In this document: one piece after another, positions 27,130-34,897 of the stretch
How positions within the stretch are numbered: the first letter of the stretch is position 1
Layout of the letters: every line of letters begins with the position of its first letter
Source: a virus
Reading direction: 5' to 3' (one strand)
Length of the DNA stretch: 45,764 nucleotides
Virus record (IMG/VR): IMGVR_UViG_3300006052_000013
Notes under the pieces: model-generated
Told to the model about the DNA's origin: nothing
Seen by the model: the letters and a program-made list of their open reading frames with translations, nothing else
The model's database searches: none
Made by a program: the position numbers and the translations under genes

Positions 27130-27636
27130 TTCTCCGGTTTGTTCAAAGTGCCGGATACGTTCTTTGGTAATATTGACATACTCGGTAGTCCCCGGGGTGG
27201 CATCCCGAAGTCTTCTTTCAAAAGTTTCTGGCCAGTGACCTCGGCCGTAGTTGCGATAACCCCTTAAAAGAAACAAGCGTGCCGCGGCACTCTTATCTAT
27301 GCCAAGCCATTCCGCGGCGCGGTCGGGGGTATCCGTGTGAAAGATAAAATAAGATACGTCTGTTTCTTCATCTTTAATCGGTTTAACCTGTCCCGTCATT
27401 ACCAGAATATTTCCCGCCAGGCATCCCACCGTATTACAGGGGGGAACATCATCGGCCGTCGGCGAAAATTCTGATAATATTTGAGACACTCTTTTTTTCA
27501 AAACATCGCCTTCTTTGGCCGTTACTCCCCACAAACCCATGTTGAACCGAAGTGGTTCTTTCTCGATGTACTCAATTAACTGCTCGAGTTTCGCCACGGT
27601 TTCCGGGGATGGCTTTTCGTATTGTTGGTTTTCCAA
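27127..27636 (-). CDS. hypothetical protein (169 aa)
   Basis: TTG start with an AAGGAGAGG RBS. Confidence 0.45.
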   Translation of the reverse strand: MENQQYEKPSPETVAKLEQLIEYIEKEPLRFNMGLWGVTAKEGDVLKKRVSQILSEFSPTADDVPPCNTVGCLAGNILVMTGQVKPIKDEETDVSYFIFHTDTPDRAAEWLGIDKSAAARLFLLRGYRNYGRGHWPETFERRLRDATPGTTEYVNITKERIRHFEQTGE

Positions 27637-27651
27637 ATTCCTCTCCTTGAT

Positions 27652-27695
27652 AACGGAAGATATCCGTTACACCGGGTTTCCCCGGTGCCCTCTGG
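27652..27695 (-). repeat. short cassette, double-hairpin variant
   Basis: AACGGAagatatCCGTT + CACCGGGtttCCCCGGTGccctctgg. Confidence 0.5.
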
Positions 27696-27696
27696 T

Positions 27697-28209
27697 TTAT
27701 GCCGCCTTCTTTTTGTTGGCATTCCGGACTTTGACGCGACGTTGCATCTCGGCCGAACGTTCTTCCGGAGACATTTTGTCCCAGTAACTTTTCGCCCCGA
27801 TGGCAACTTTTGATTTTCTTTTGGTTTTCGCCCATCGCAATCGCTGGGCCTGGGCAATCCGGTTCCGTGCCGACTTGGACAGACGACGTTTCAATGGTTT
27901 GTCATCATGTGAACGAACATGAATCGTCGTCGTGCCAGGGGCGATTTCATTCCCTTGGTCGGTTGCTCCCCGCATCTGGGGCAAATGTTGGGTACCGTCC
28001 AATAACTCCCCGCGCGTCTCGGCGAGAAGAAGCGTTCCCACCCAATGGGCAGCGTCGGGCGGAGTGATCGCTCCGCCTGTCTCTGCTCCGAGGGCGTTAA
28101 GCTGCGCTTTGATATCCCGGTAAAGGTAACCGAGCCGGAATGCCGCAGTTTGGAAAATGGAATGACTTTCCTTAGTGCTCCCATACTGTTTTCCTCTCCT
28201 TGGTTTCAT
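27697..28209 (-). CDS. hypothetical basic protein (170 aa)
   Basis: ATG with a GAGGA RBS; K/R-rich C-terminus. Confidence 0.5.
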   Translation of the reverse strand: MKPRRGKQYGSTKESHSIFQTAAFRLGYLYRDIKAQLNALGAETGGAITPPDAAHWVGTLLLAETRGELLDGTQHLPQMRGATDQGNEIAPGTTTIHVRSHDDKPLKRRLSKSARNRIAQAQRLRWAKTKRKSKVAIGAKSYWDKMSPEERSAEMQRRVKVRNANKKKAA

Positions 28210-28223
28210 GTTTTTATCCTCAT

Positions 28224-28271
28224 AACGGACAGTAGTCCGTTACCGTGGGTTTACCCCACGGCCCTCTGTTA
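28224..28271 (-). repeat. short cassette, double-hairpin
   Basis: AACGGACagtaGTCCGTT + accGTGGGtttaCCCCACggccctctgtta. Confidence 0.6.
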
Positions 28272-28676
28272 CGCGAGTTCATTCATTGCACTAGCTTGTT
28301 CAAAATCCGACAACGTTCCCTCGAATGTTGCTCCGCAACTGCACGAAACTTTGTAGTCTAGAGAAAAACCATAGAACATTTTCGTTCCTCTTCCCTTGCC
28401 CTCGCTTTTTGTGGCCGGTTCTAAATCTGAACCATTACCATTGACGGAGAGGTCGTGTTCATCGCCCTCGTGGTCTTCGGGTACATACCCAGGAATATCC
28501 TGAGTTGCGCTGATATTTGCATCTTTCAATTCTTCGCCGCATTCGCCGCATTTCAATATTACTCGAACATCGGCCCGGACCTCGGCCGCGATGAGGTCCA
28601 CTTCCAAATCACCTTCTAACTCAACTTCATGGGGGTCTTCATAGGGAACAAACTTATTGCAACTTGGACAACGCAT
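28269..28676 (-). CDS. acidic Zn-ribbon protein (135 aa)
   Basis: CPSC...CGEC; starts at the M that follows the long leader. Confidence 0.5.
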   Translation of the reverse strand: MRCPSCNKFVPYEDPHEVELEGDLEVDLIAAEVRADVRVILKCGECGEELKDANISATQDIPGYVPEDHEGDEHDLSVNGNGSDLEPATKSEGKGRGTKMFYGFSLDYKVSCSCGATFEGTLSDFEQASAMNELA

Positions 28677-28682
28677 TTTCCT

Positions 28683-28772
28683 CTCCTGATATGGCAACAA
28701 ATAAGCCGTTGGCTTATTTGTTGAGGTTTCCCCTCATTGCCATTACCGGCCCGTGGGCCGGCCCTCTGTTAC
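28683..28772 (-). repeat. long three-helix leader cassette (copy 1)
   Basis: ctcctgatatggcaa-[acaaataagccgttggcttatttgt]-tgaggtttcccctcattgccattacc-[ggcccgtgggccgg]-ccctctg. Confidence 0.65.
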
Positions 28773-28987
28773 TGAATACCCCGCGCCGGTGGTACGTGGT
28801 GTGCGTCCGGACGCAATACCCCCGGCGGAACTTCCATATCGGGCGGCGGCGCACATCGGTTCTGAGATAGAAGCGCCTGTTGCATAATCTCCCAGGCCTT
28901 TTCCTGTCGCCGGGCCAAAGAGAATACATACCATAGGTACAATACTCCCAGTAAAATTAACGCCAAACTTGCCAAACCTTCATTCAT
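28769..28987 (-). CDS. small membrane protein (72 aa)
   Basis: LASLALILLGVLYLWYVF transmembrane segment; internal ATG with a GGAGGGAACAACA RBS. Confidence 0.45.
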   Translation of the reverse strand: MNEGLASLALILLGVLYLWYVFSLARRQEKAWEIMQQALLSQNRCAPPPDMEVPPGVLRPDAHHVPPARGIQ

Positions 28988-28998
28988 TGTTGTTCCCT

Positions 28999-29031
28999 CC
29001 TTACCACGGGTATTACCCCGCGGCCCTCGGT
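28999..29031 (-). repeat. short cassette (inside the C-terminus of the sigma-like gene)
   Basis: cttaccacgggtattaccccgcggccctcgg. Confidence 0.5.
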
Positions 29032-30362
29032 TGTTCTTCGGTGACCGGCGCCATCCAGTGCAGTTTTCCATCCGATTCCAGGATTAATTCTTTATCTTGG
29101 CATCGACGGATGATCGAATAGGCCTGACCATTTGTGGTACCCGCGGTCATCATCTTCTGAACTAATTCGTTCTTAGGAAGAGGCCCATCGGCGAGTATCT
29201 GTTTTAAGACCGGTTCCCAATATCCTCGTGGTGAACGAGTCTGCGGGGCATTTCCATTGACCTCATCATGGGCCGTCGCATTAATCGACTTCTTTCCCGT
29301 GATAATATCGTGGGCACTTGTCAGTTGTTCAATCACCGCGGTCCACTTACGGGCCTCGGCCTCGGATTCCGCGGCCTGCCGGGTATAAAACTGTACCTTG
29401 CGATGGGCATCAGATATCAAAGACTCGATGGTCGGTGGTGATCCACTTGGTATTTGTTCCATTGTTTTCTCTCCTTGTTGTTTTAGTTGAAAGAGATAGT
29501 TTTGATGAACAATCTCTTCCTGGGTATACTGCCGAACCGGCCCCGGTGCTGTGACCGTCCGGGGGGGACGGAGATTCACGGGGGTTTTTGCCAGAAGTCC
29601 GTGCGACGTAAATATTTGATTCGGGGCACGAGGGTCGCGTCCGCTCAGATGGTAATAACTACCCAGTTCCGTTTCATTGAATCTGGACGCCCCCGCATTC
29701 CGTGAACTTCGTATTTGCGTCGGTGGTGGACTCCCGATGTGTTCCCGGGCGGCCGCGGCGACCAGTTTTTCGCGCCGCAACCTTCGTTTTTTCTTGCTCA
29801 TTGATTTGCTCATTGATTTGCTCTCCCACAACACTCGAAGATCACTCAAACCGTGTGATTGATAGGCCTTTACGGCCCCGACGGACAAATTTAAAATTCC
29901 GGCGGTTTCTTCCAAAGTTTTTTCTTCCAGAAATCTAAGAAACAACACGCGGCGCCGGCTCCTATTCAAATACGGTAACAAGCGCAAAAAATGCTCACGT
30001 GTGATCCAGGAATCTATGGTTTTATCCGGAGTATCCGGCAAATCCAGGGTGTTTCCATCTTCATTGATGGGATTATCCAAGGATACTTCTGAAAGATTGT
30101 TCTTTCTTCGTAGGTACATCAAAAATTCCCGGTGCGCAATTTGATGCAACCAGGAACTTAATTTGGCCTCACCTCGAAAATCGCCGATGGCCAGAAAGGC
30201 CTTCGTAAAGGTCACCTGGGCCAGTTCTTCCACGGCGTCTTCATTCAGTTGCCAATATTTGCGCAAAGTTTTTTTTACCCGCGATAACTGGTCACGATAT
30301 ATTTGGGAGAACGCGTCTTGATCGCCGGATTTTGCACGATCTAATAATTCTTTTTCTTCCAC
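29013..30362 (-). CDS. ECF-type sigma-70 family factor-like protein with a roughly 270-aa C-terminal extension
   Basis: Region 2: DAFSQIYRDQ...FLAIGDFRGEAKLSSWLHQIAHREFLMYLRR. Region 4: LRFLEEKTLEETAGILNLSVGAVKAYQSHGLSDLR. GTG start with an AAGGAGAA RBS. Confidence 0.6.
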   Translation of the reverse strand: MEEKELLDRAKSGDQDAFSQIYRDQLSRVKKTLRKYWQLNEDAVEELAQVTFTKAFLAIGDFRGEAKLSSWLHQIAHREFLMYLRRKNNLSEVSLDNPINEDGNTLDLPDTPDKTIDSWITREHFLRLLPYLNRSRRRVLFLRFLEEKTLEETAGILNLSVGAVKAYQSHGLSDLRVLWESKSMSKSMSKKKRRLRREKLVAAAAREHIGSPPPTQIRSSRNAGASRFNETELGSYYHLSGRDPRAPNQIFTSHGLLAKTPVNLRPPRTVTAPGPVRQYTQEEIVHQNYLFQLKQQGEKTMEQIPSGSPPTIESLISDAHRKVQFYTRQAAESEAEARKWTAVIEQLTSAHDIITGKKSINATAHDEVNGNAPQTRSPRGYWEPVLKQILADGPLPKNELVQKMMTAGTTNGQAYSIIRRCQDKELILESDGKLHWMAPVTEEQPRAAG

Positions 30363-30384
30363 TTACGTTCTCCTTTGATATTTA

Positions 30385-30417
30385 CTTACCGGGGAAATAT
30401 ATCCCCCGGCCCTCGTT
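30385..30417 (-). repeat. short cassette
   Basis: cttaccGGGGgaaatatatCCCCCggccctcgtt. Confidence 0.6.
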
Positions 30418-30430
30418 TTTACCACTACTT

Positions 30431-30601
30431 TTACACTTTCAAAACGGGATTTTCGTCCATCACCGCACGCTCGGCCAGAAACCCCGCCGCGGTGGCGGTG
30501 ATTTCTATCTCGCGGTGCCGATCCCGCACGGTGATTGTGCGGCCATTTAATAATTCTCGCAATTCTTTTTCTCCGAGTTCTACTTTAATTGGCTCTTTCA
30601 T
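30431..30601 (-). CDS. hypothetical protein (56 aa)
   Basis: Starts at the M after the long leader (...QERNM). Confidence 0.45.
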   Translation of the reverse strand: MKEPIKVELGEKELRELLNGRTITVRDRHREIEITATAAGFLAERAVMDENPVLKV

Positions 30602-30607
30602 GTTCCT

Positions 30608-30697
30608 CTCCTGGTATGGCAAACATTGCGGCGAAGCCGCATGTTTGAGGTTTCCCCTCATTGCCATTACCGTGGATTTACCCACGGCCCTCTGAGT
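30608..30697 (-). repeat. long three-helix leader cassette (copy 2)
   Basis: ctcctggtatggcaa-[acattgcggcgaagccgcatgttt]-gaggtttcccctcattgccattacc-[gtggatttacccac]-ggccctctg. Confidence 0.65.
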
Positions 30698-30714
30698 TAC
30701 TAGGAATGGGCTTA

Positions 30715-30906
30715 TTAGGCAAACTGATAATCACTTTTTTTTGCTCGAAAGCCCTTTTTCTTGAGAAGACTGGCATCCCACCCCGTGATATCCTTCACGT
30801 CCTTTACGGCATACTCCCAGGCCTCGCTGGCAGATGTTCCGGGGCGATGATACAAAACTACCCCTTCTCGATCTACCAACATCCAAACCCGATCTAATTC
30901 TGGCAT
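30715..30906 (-). CDS. hypothetical protein (63 aa)
   Basis: Internal ATG with an AGGAGGG RBS. Confidence 0.45.
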   Translation of the reverse strand: MPELDRVWMLVDREGVVLYHRPGTSASEAWEYAVKDVKDITGWDASLLKKKGFRAKKSDYQFA

Positions 30907-30921
30907 GCTTTCCCTCCTGTT

Positions 30922-30956
30922 CATTAACGCGGCAGGTTCGCCGCGTCCCTCTGTTA
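30922..30956 (-). repeat. short cassette variant (no CTTACC)
   Basis: taaCGCGGCaggttcGCCGCGtccctctgtta. Confidence 0.45.
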
Positions 30957-32057
30957 TTGTTTGACCAAATAACTTGTATCAACATCTACGTCTTCCCCGT
31001 TTCTCGACAACCGAGTTTGGTGCGAAATCAAGGAAAGATTTTCTTGAAAACTTGCAAGTTTGGGAACCGCCGTCCGTCCGATCATTGCAATGTAACCCCG
31101 ACCCCGCCAGGGTGGCATGTGATTTCTGGACAAACGTTCGACGATGGTTCGATAGTACAACATGCGATTGGTAAAGGACTCCGGGGCACCGGGTACGGGC
31201 GGCGTAAAGCTGATCTGAATATAATCAGTCCAACTTTTATCTGCGCCCGAGGCCCGCAGTTTGTACCGGGCCAGGGCGCCCGCGAAGTACCGCGCCAACT
31301 TGACATTGGCCGCGAACTCCGTAATGCCCGGTTCCCAGGCCCGATACCGTCGACGGTAATACTCCCGTTGCTCCGTGGGAATTTCCCCAGACCAACCCAA
31401 GTCCTGCAATTTTGCCCAAGACTTGGATTTATTCCGGTCATAACCCGGTTGGTCACTATCCACCAGATACTCGTACATGGCATCTTGTATCTGGTCGGCC
31501 AGGGCAAAGTAGGCCTCATAGGTAGTCAGATGTTTTTCCCGGACCGGATTCACAAAATGAAGATTTAGAATCCGAACCAAGGCCGACAAACCCTGTGAGT
31601 ACTCTTCCACCATTTCTGCTCCGACTGGGCCATCTTCTTGGTAGAGATACTCCGCGTTGATATCTTCAACACGAAGATTAAACTGGATAGATGGTGTGAA
31701 GACTTCCCGAACCTGCCGGTAAAGGCAGGCGAGTTGTTTCAGTGCCATGACCTCGGCCACATCCAGAATGGCCCCCGTCTTGGCCTTTCGGCCGCCCCAG
31801 GGAACCAGCACCGGAATTGCCTTACCCAGTTCGAGACTCTGCCGGATGACCGCCCGAATTGTCACCAGTGCCTCGGGTTTCGGGATCGGACCATAACGAT
31901 TCTGGTTCGTTCCCAAGAGAATACCGGTGATAATCTCGAGCAATGATTGTTTTGGAGGAGCCGCGGCGACGGGAAACTCCCGCCACAGAAACTCATCAAT
32001 CAAAGACGAGTAGGGATCGTCCACGGGTGATGTAACTTGGTACGTTGCTGTACTCAT
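30954..32057 (-). CDS. hypothetical protein (367 aa)
   Basis: Starts at the M after the long leader. Confidence 0.5.
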   Translation of the reverse strand: MSTATYQVTSPVDDPYSSLIDEFLWREFPVAAAPPKQSLLEIITGILLGTNQNRYGPIPKPEALVTIRAVIRQSLELGKAIPVLVPWGGRKAKTGAILDVAEVMALKQLACLYRQVREVFTPSIQFNLRVEDINAEYLYQEDGPVGAEMVEEYSQGLSALVRILNLHFVNPVREKHLTTYEAYFALADQIQDAMYEYLVDSDQPGYDRNKSKSWAKLQDLGWSGEIPTEQREYYRRRYRAWEPGITEFAANVKLARYFAGALARYKLRASGADKSWTDYIQISFTPPVPGAPESFTNRMLYYRTIVERLSRNHMPPWRGRGYIAMIGRTAVPKLASFQENLSLISHQTRLSRNGEDVDVDTSYLVKQ

Positions 32058-32062
32058 GTTCC

Positions 32063-32157
32063 TCTCCTGGTATGGCAAACCAAGAGACGAAGTCTCTTGG
32101 TTCTGAGGTTTCCCCTCATTAACCATACTTACCGTGGTTTCCCACGGCCCTCGTCAT
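32063..32157 (-). repeat. long three-helix leader cassette (copy 3)
   Basis: ctcctggtatggcaa-[accaagagacgaagtctcttggtt]-ctgaggtttcccctcattaaccatacttacc-[gtggtttcccac]-ggccctcg. Confidence 0.65.
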
Positions 32158-32215
32158 ATCTCTAAATCTTGGAATGGCATTACATGAATATCTCTAAATC
32201 TTGGAATGGCATTAC
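32146..32215. repeat. tandem duplication (34 bp x2)
   Basis: tctctaaatcttggaatggcattacatgaata appears twice. Confidence 0.6.
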
Positions 32216-32419
32216 ATGAATACCTCCCTGGAAGTGACCCATGAACACGATGGAATGATGAAACGGGTACTTAACCTTTAACAAATTTCTGTACCGTTCA
32301 ATTTTTGTTCCGATGGTCATTCCACTTTCAGAGGCGTCGTCCGGTCCTACTTCGACGATTGCCAGATTGTTCATGTAATCTTCATTGGAATGGTGGTTGA
32401 TAACGTAGATTAGTTTCAT
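32180..32419 (-). CDS. hypothetical protein (79 aa)
   Basis: Starts at the M after the long leader. Confidence 0.45.
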   Translation of the reverse strand: MKLIYVINHHSNEDYMNNLAIVEVGPDDASESGMTIGTKIERYRNLLKVKYPFHHSIVFMGHFQGGIHVMPFQDLEIFM

Positions 32420-32424
32420 GTTCC

Positions 32425-32536
32425 TCTCCTGGTACAGCAACAAGAGACGGTTTAAGTTTCTTGTTTGGGATTTTTTCCCGGCTGTACTTACCGCGGGTTT
32501 CCCCGCGGCCCTCGTATCACTGCGAGAATCGCAGAG
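32425..32536 (-). repeat. long leader cassette (copy 4, variant) plus a trailing hairpin
   Basis: ctcctggtacagcaa-[caagagacggtttaagtttcttg]-...cttaccGCGGGtttcCCCGCggccctcgtatcaCTGCGAgaaTCGCAGag. Confidence 0.6.
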
Positions 32537-32550
32537 ATATGTTTTTATTT

Positions 32551-32709
32551 TTACTGCGCCGCCACGGCGCTCGCCGCACTTGAAAAAACGTTATTGGAAT
32601 TGCTTCCAATCAGGCGAACCGTACCGACGACGATTACCAGAATTACCGCCAGCATCACGGCGTATTCTGCGATATCTTGCCCTTCTTCGGACTTCCACAG
32701 TGTTTTCAT
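32551..32709 (-). CDS. Flp/Fap-type pilin-like peptide (52 aa)
   Basis: MKTLWKSEEGQDIAEYAVMLAVILVIVVG resembles the Flp pilin motif G-x-x-A-I-E-Y-(A/G)-L-I; RBS AAGGAG. Confidence 0.5.
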   Translation of the reverse strand: MKTLWKSEEGQDIAEYAVMLAVILVIVVGTVRLIGSNSNNVFSSAASAVAAQ

Positions 32710-32720
32710 TGTTTTCTCCT

Positions 32721-32828
32721 TTAGTGAACTTGCCGATACAACAACCACAACAAAAAAAACCACGCGGTTGCGGAGATATCAAACCAGGTAAACCCCATGA
32801 AGACGGGGTGCAAGTTAAATGGCCACAT
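32721..32828 (-). CDS. small hydrophobic peptide (35 aa, MWPFNLHPVFMGFTWFDISATAWFFLLWLLYRQVH)
   Basis: ATG with a GGAGGA RBS just after a cassette element. Confidence 0.3.
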   Translation of the reverse strand: MWPFNLHPVFMGFTWFDISATAWFFLLWLLYRQVH

Positions 32829-32848
32829 ATCGCGCGTCCTCCTTTCAA

Positions 32849-32894
32849 GTCAATGGGGAGATTGACTTACCGTGGTTTCCCACGGCCCTCGTTA
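32849..32894 (-). repeat. short cassette, double-hairpin
   Basis: GTCAATggggagATTGAC + ttaccGTGGtttcCCACggccctcgtta. Confidence 0.6.
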
Positions 32895-33014
32895 ACGAAC
32901 CACGCTATAAACCAGATTAACATTGTCGCCGATTAGGTGGCGACTGCCGATGATAATGATTACGACGACCGCCAGTACTACTACGTACTCTCCGAGTTGT
33001 TTAAGTTTGTTCAT
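32892..33014 (-). CDS. Flp-pilin-like peptide (40 aa, MNKLKQLGEYVVVLAVVVIIIIG...)
   Basis: GEYVVVLAVVVIII follows the Flp-like pattern; RBS GGAGGAAACA. Confidence 0.4.
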   Translation of the reverse strand: MNKLKQLGEYVVVLAVVVIIIIGSRHLIGDNVNLVYSVVR

Positions 33015-33028
33015 TGTTTCCTCCGGTA

Positions 33029-33059
33029 CTTACCGGCCCAGATGGGCCGGCCCTCGTCA
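33029..33059 (-). repeat. short cassette
   Basis: cttaccGGCCCAgatgGGGCCggccctcgtca. Confidence 0.6.
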
Positions 33060-33272
33060 CGCAGTAATAGGTTCCAGGGTAACCTTGAAACCCTTGAGGT
33101 CCCCGAGTTCAGAGATACCCAGTTCTTTCATCGCCTCCAGACGGTTGACGTAGATGTTGGTGAGTACGCCGGACTGATCCTTGGGAAGGCTGTATTTGAC
33201 TGCTCCCTTCTTGGGATCAACCACGCGCAGCTCTACGGTTACCGTCTTGGCCTTTGGTTTTTCGGGTGCCAT
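33057..33272 (-). CDS. hypothetical protein (71 aa)
   Basis: Internal ATG with a GGAGAGGAAAAAT RBS. Confidence 0.45.
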   Translation of the reverse strand: MAPEKPKAKTVTVELRVVDPKKGAVKYSLPKDQSGVLTNIYVNRLEAMKELGISELGDLKGFKVTLEPITA

Positions 33273-33301
33273 ATTTTTCCTCTCCACTTTTAAGGTCACC
33301 G

Positions 33302-33376
33302 CCGGATTCGTGCCCCCGGCTTGTGCCTTACCGTGGGTTTCCCCACGGCCCTCGTATCACTGCGATAATCGCAGAG
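33302..33376 (-). repeat. short cassette with flanking hairpins
   Basis: CCGGattcgtgccCCCGG ... cttaccGTGGGtttccCCACggccctcgtatcaCTGCGAtaaTCGCAGag (the tail duplicates 32507-32536). Confidence 0.6.
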
Positions 33377-33391
33377 ATATGTTTTGAGTTT

Positions 33392-33604
33392 CTATTCACC
33401 ACCGTTGAAAGCACCGTCGGCGAGTAAATCGCAGGCGATGTCCATCGACTTGACGACGACCGCGGTCAGTGTTAATGCCTCGTGTCGCAAAAGAAAAGCG
33501 GCCACGATCAAAATCACTAACACGATCAGTTTAAACCACATACTGTGGTAAACCCGCCAAAATCTATTCTTGGCCCGGAGACGGCTTTGTCGTCTTCGGT
33601 TCAT
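33392..33604 (-). CDS. small membrane protein (70 aa)
   Basis: KLIVLVILIVAAFLL transmembrane segment. Confidence 0.4.
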   Translation of the reverse strand: MNRRRQSRLRAKNRFWRVYHSMWFKLIVLVILIVAAFLLRHEALTLTAVVVKSMDIACDLLADGAFNGGE

Positions 33605-33606
33605 TG

Positions 33607-33747
33607 ATTTATACTCGTGCGCCGCCGGCGATGGCAACTGATGCCACCCCACCCAGAAACGCAAGTTCAATCAGCAACCGATACACGTCATGAGAAACAT
33701 ACCACATGATCGCGTCTTGCAGACGTTTGACCACTTTGTCTCGGGAC
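33607..33747 (-). CDS. small membrane protein (46 aa, MSRDKVVKRLQDAIMWYVSHDVYRLLIELAFLGGVASVAIAGGARV)
   Basis: ATG with a GGAGAGGAACAAT RBS. Confidence 0.35.
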
Positions 33748-33775
33748 ATATTGTTCCTCTCCTAATAAGGCTCAC

Positions 33776-33838
33776 TCCGGTTTTCGTGCCCCCGGATGGT
33801 GGCCTTACGGGTCACCGGAGTGACCCGCCTTCGGGGAA
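33776..33838 (-). repeat. cassette variant
   Basis: CCGGttttcgtgcccCCGG...ccttacGGGTCACcggaGTGACCCgccttcgggg. Confidence 0.45.
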
Positions 33839-33843
33839 ACAAC

Positions 33844-34059
33844 TTAGGCGGCCTGGTTCAAATCGTACCGGGCCAAATCATGCTGGTTTGCATGGTGAAC
33901 CTTTTCGGCCCACTTTACGGCGACGGCCGAGGTTAGATAGTTGGTTTCTTCGACCGATCCGTCTGAGTGTTCCAGAATAATACGATCGGCGGCCTCGATG
34001 GCCTTGTTGATTGCTTCTTGACGACGCATATCGCGATTGTTGATACTATCCGTGATCAT
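33844..34059 (-). CDS. hypothetical protein (71 aa)
   Basis: RBS AAGGAGAGGAAA. Confidence 0.45.
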   Translation of the reverse strand: MITDSINNRDMRRQEAINKAIEAADRIILEHSDGSVEETNYLTSAVAVKWAEKVHHANQHDLARYDLNQAA

Positions 34060-34063
34060 TTTC

Positions 34064-34115
34064 CTCTCCTTACAAGGCTCACTCTATTGTGGCCTTACCG
34101 TGGGTTTTCCCCACG
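34064..34115 (-). repeat. short cassette
   Basis: aaggctcactctattgtggccttaccGTGGGttttccCCACggccctcgtta. Confidence 0.6.
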
Positions 34116-34122
34116 GCCCTCG

Positions 34123-34380
34123 TTATATTTGTAGTGGTTTATTTTCGTTGAGACTGCGAGTAACCGCCGCCCAGGAAAATTCCAGACGCATTTCCCGTAC
34201 CTGGGGCACGTCCAGATTCATATGGGAGTAAACGGAAACTACGCAATAATCTAACATTCGACCAGAAGTAACGGCAGTAAGAATGACCCGTGGGCCAACC
34301 TGGAGTTTGACCATGGGTAATTCTTTTTTGACCTTTTCCTCGGTCCATTCCGGATTGGGTGTCGATTTTGCTTTTTTCAT
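34123..34380 (-). CDS. hypothetical protein (85 aa)
   Basis: Internal ATG with a GGGGAGGAATGG RBS. Confidence 0.45.
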   Translation of the reverse strand: MKKAKSTPNPEWTEEKVKKELPMVKLQVGPRVILTAVTSGRMLDYCVVSVYSHMNLDVPQVREMRLEFSWAAVTRSLNENKPLQI

Positions 34381-34601
34381 ACCTTTACCATTCCTCCCCA
34401 AGACCGTTGATAAAATACCCGGAACCCGGCGGTTTGAACATCGATCACCGCGCGACGCCTCGCGGTCTCACCCGGAAAGATGAGGTACTTAAACGGCCCC
34501 GCCTCGGTGGTACCGTACGTAATCGTCGGATGAATCACCCGTCGTATTTCGTCGAATTCGCTCTTTTTGACGGCGAACTCAGGCTGATTTGGTCTTGGCA
34601 T
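34377..34601 (-). CDS. hypothetical protein (74 aa)
   Basis: Internal ATG with an AGGAGG RBS. Confidence 0.45.
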   Translation of the reverse strand: MPRPNQPEFAVKKSEFDEIRRVIHPTITYGTTEAGPFKYLIFPGETARRRAVIDVQTAGFRVFYQRSWGGMVKV

Positions 34602-34797
34602 ACCGGGCCTCCTGAATGGTCCCATTTTCGATGACCTTTTTGATCAGACTAGTTTCAAATCCACTTAACTGGAAGCCAAATGGATTGGGCGCCGAACCCT
34701 TTTGTCCGGTCAGTAACCATGTACGATATGCCCTCGCATACCGCCGTTGATTACAAGGTAATCGATGAATGTAATCATCAATAATTTTGTTTTGCAT
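34579..34797 (-). CDS. hypothetical protein (72 aa)
   Basis: Starts at the M after the long leader. Confidence 0.45.
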   Translation of the reverse strand: MQNKIIDDYIHRLPCNQRRYARAYRTWLLTGQKGSAPNPFGFQLSGFETSLIKKVIENGTIQEARYAKTKSA

Positions 34798-34803
34798 ATT
34801 CCT

Positions 34804-34897
34804 CTCCTGGTATGGCAGTGTCGACGGCGGAGGCCGTCGCACTCTGAGGTTTCCCTCTGCCACACTTACCGTGGAAGTTATCCCACGGCCCTCGTTC
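34804..34897 (-). repeat. long three-helix leader cassette (copy 5)
   Basis: ctcctggtatggca-[gtgtcgacggcggaggccgtcgcac]-tctgaggtttccctctgccacacttacc-[gtggaagttatcccac]-ggccctcg. Confidence 0.65.

Noticed and set aside
32591-32848. 85-aa track ORF (MKGGRAICGHL...)
   Set aside because: - It is an Arg-rich out-of-frame shadow.
- The alternative frames encode a Flp-pilin-motif peptide and a hydrophobic peptide, each with its own RBS.
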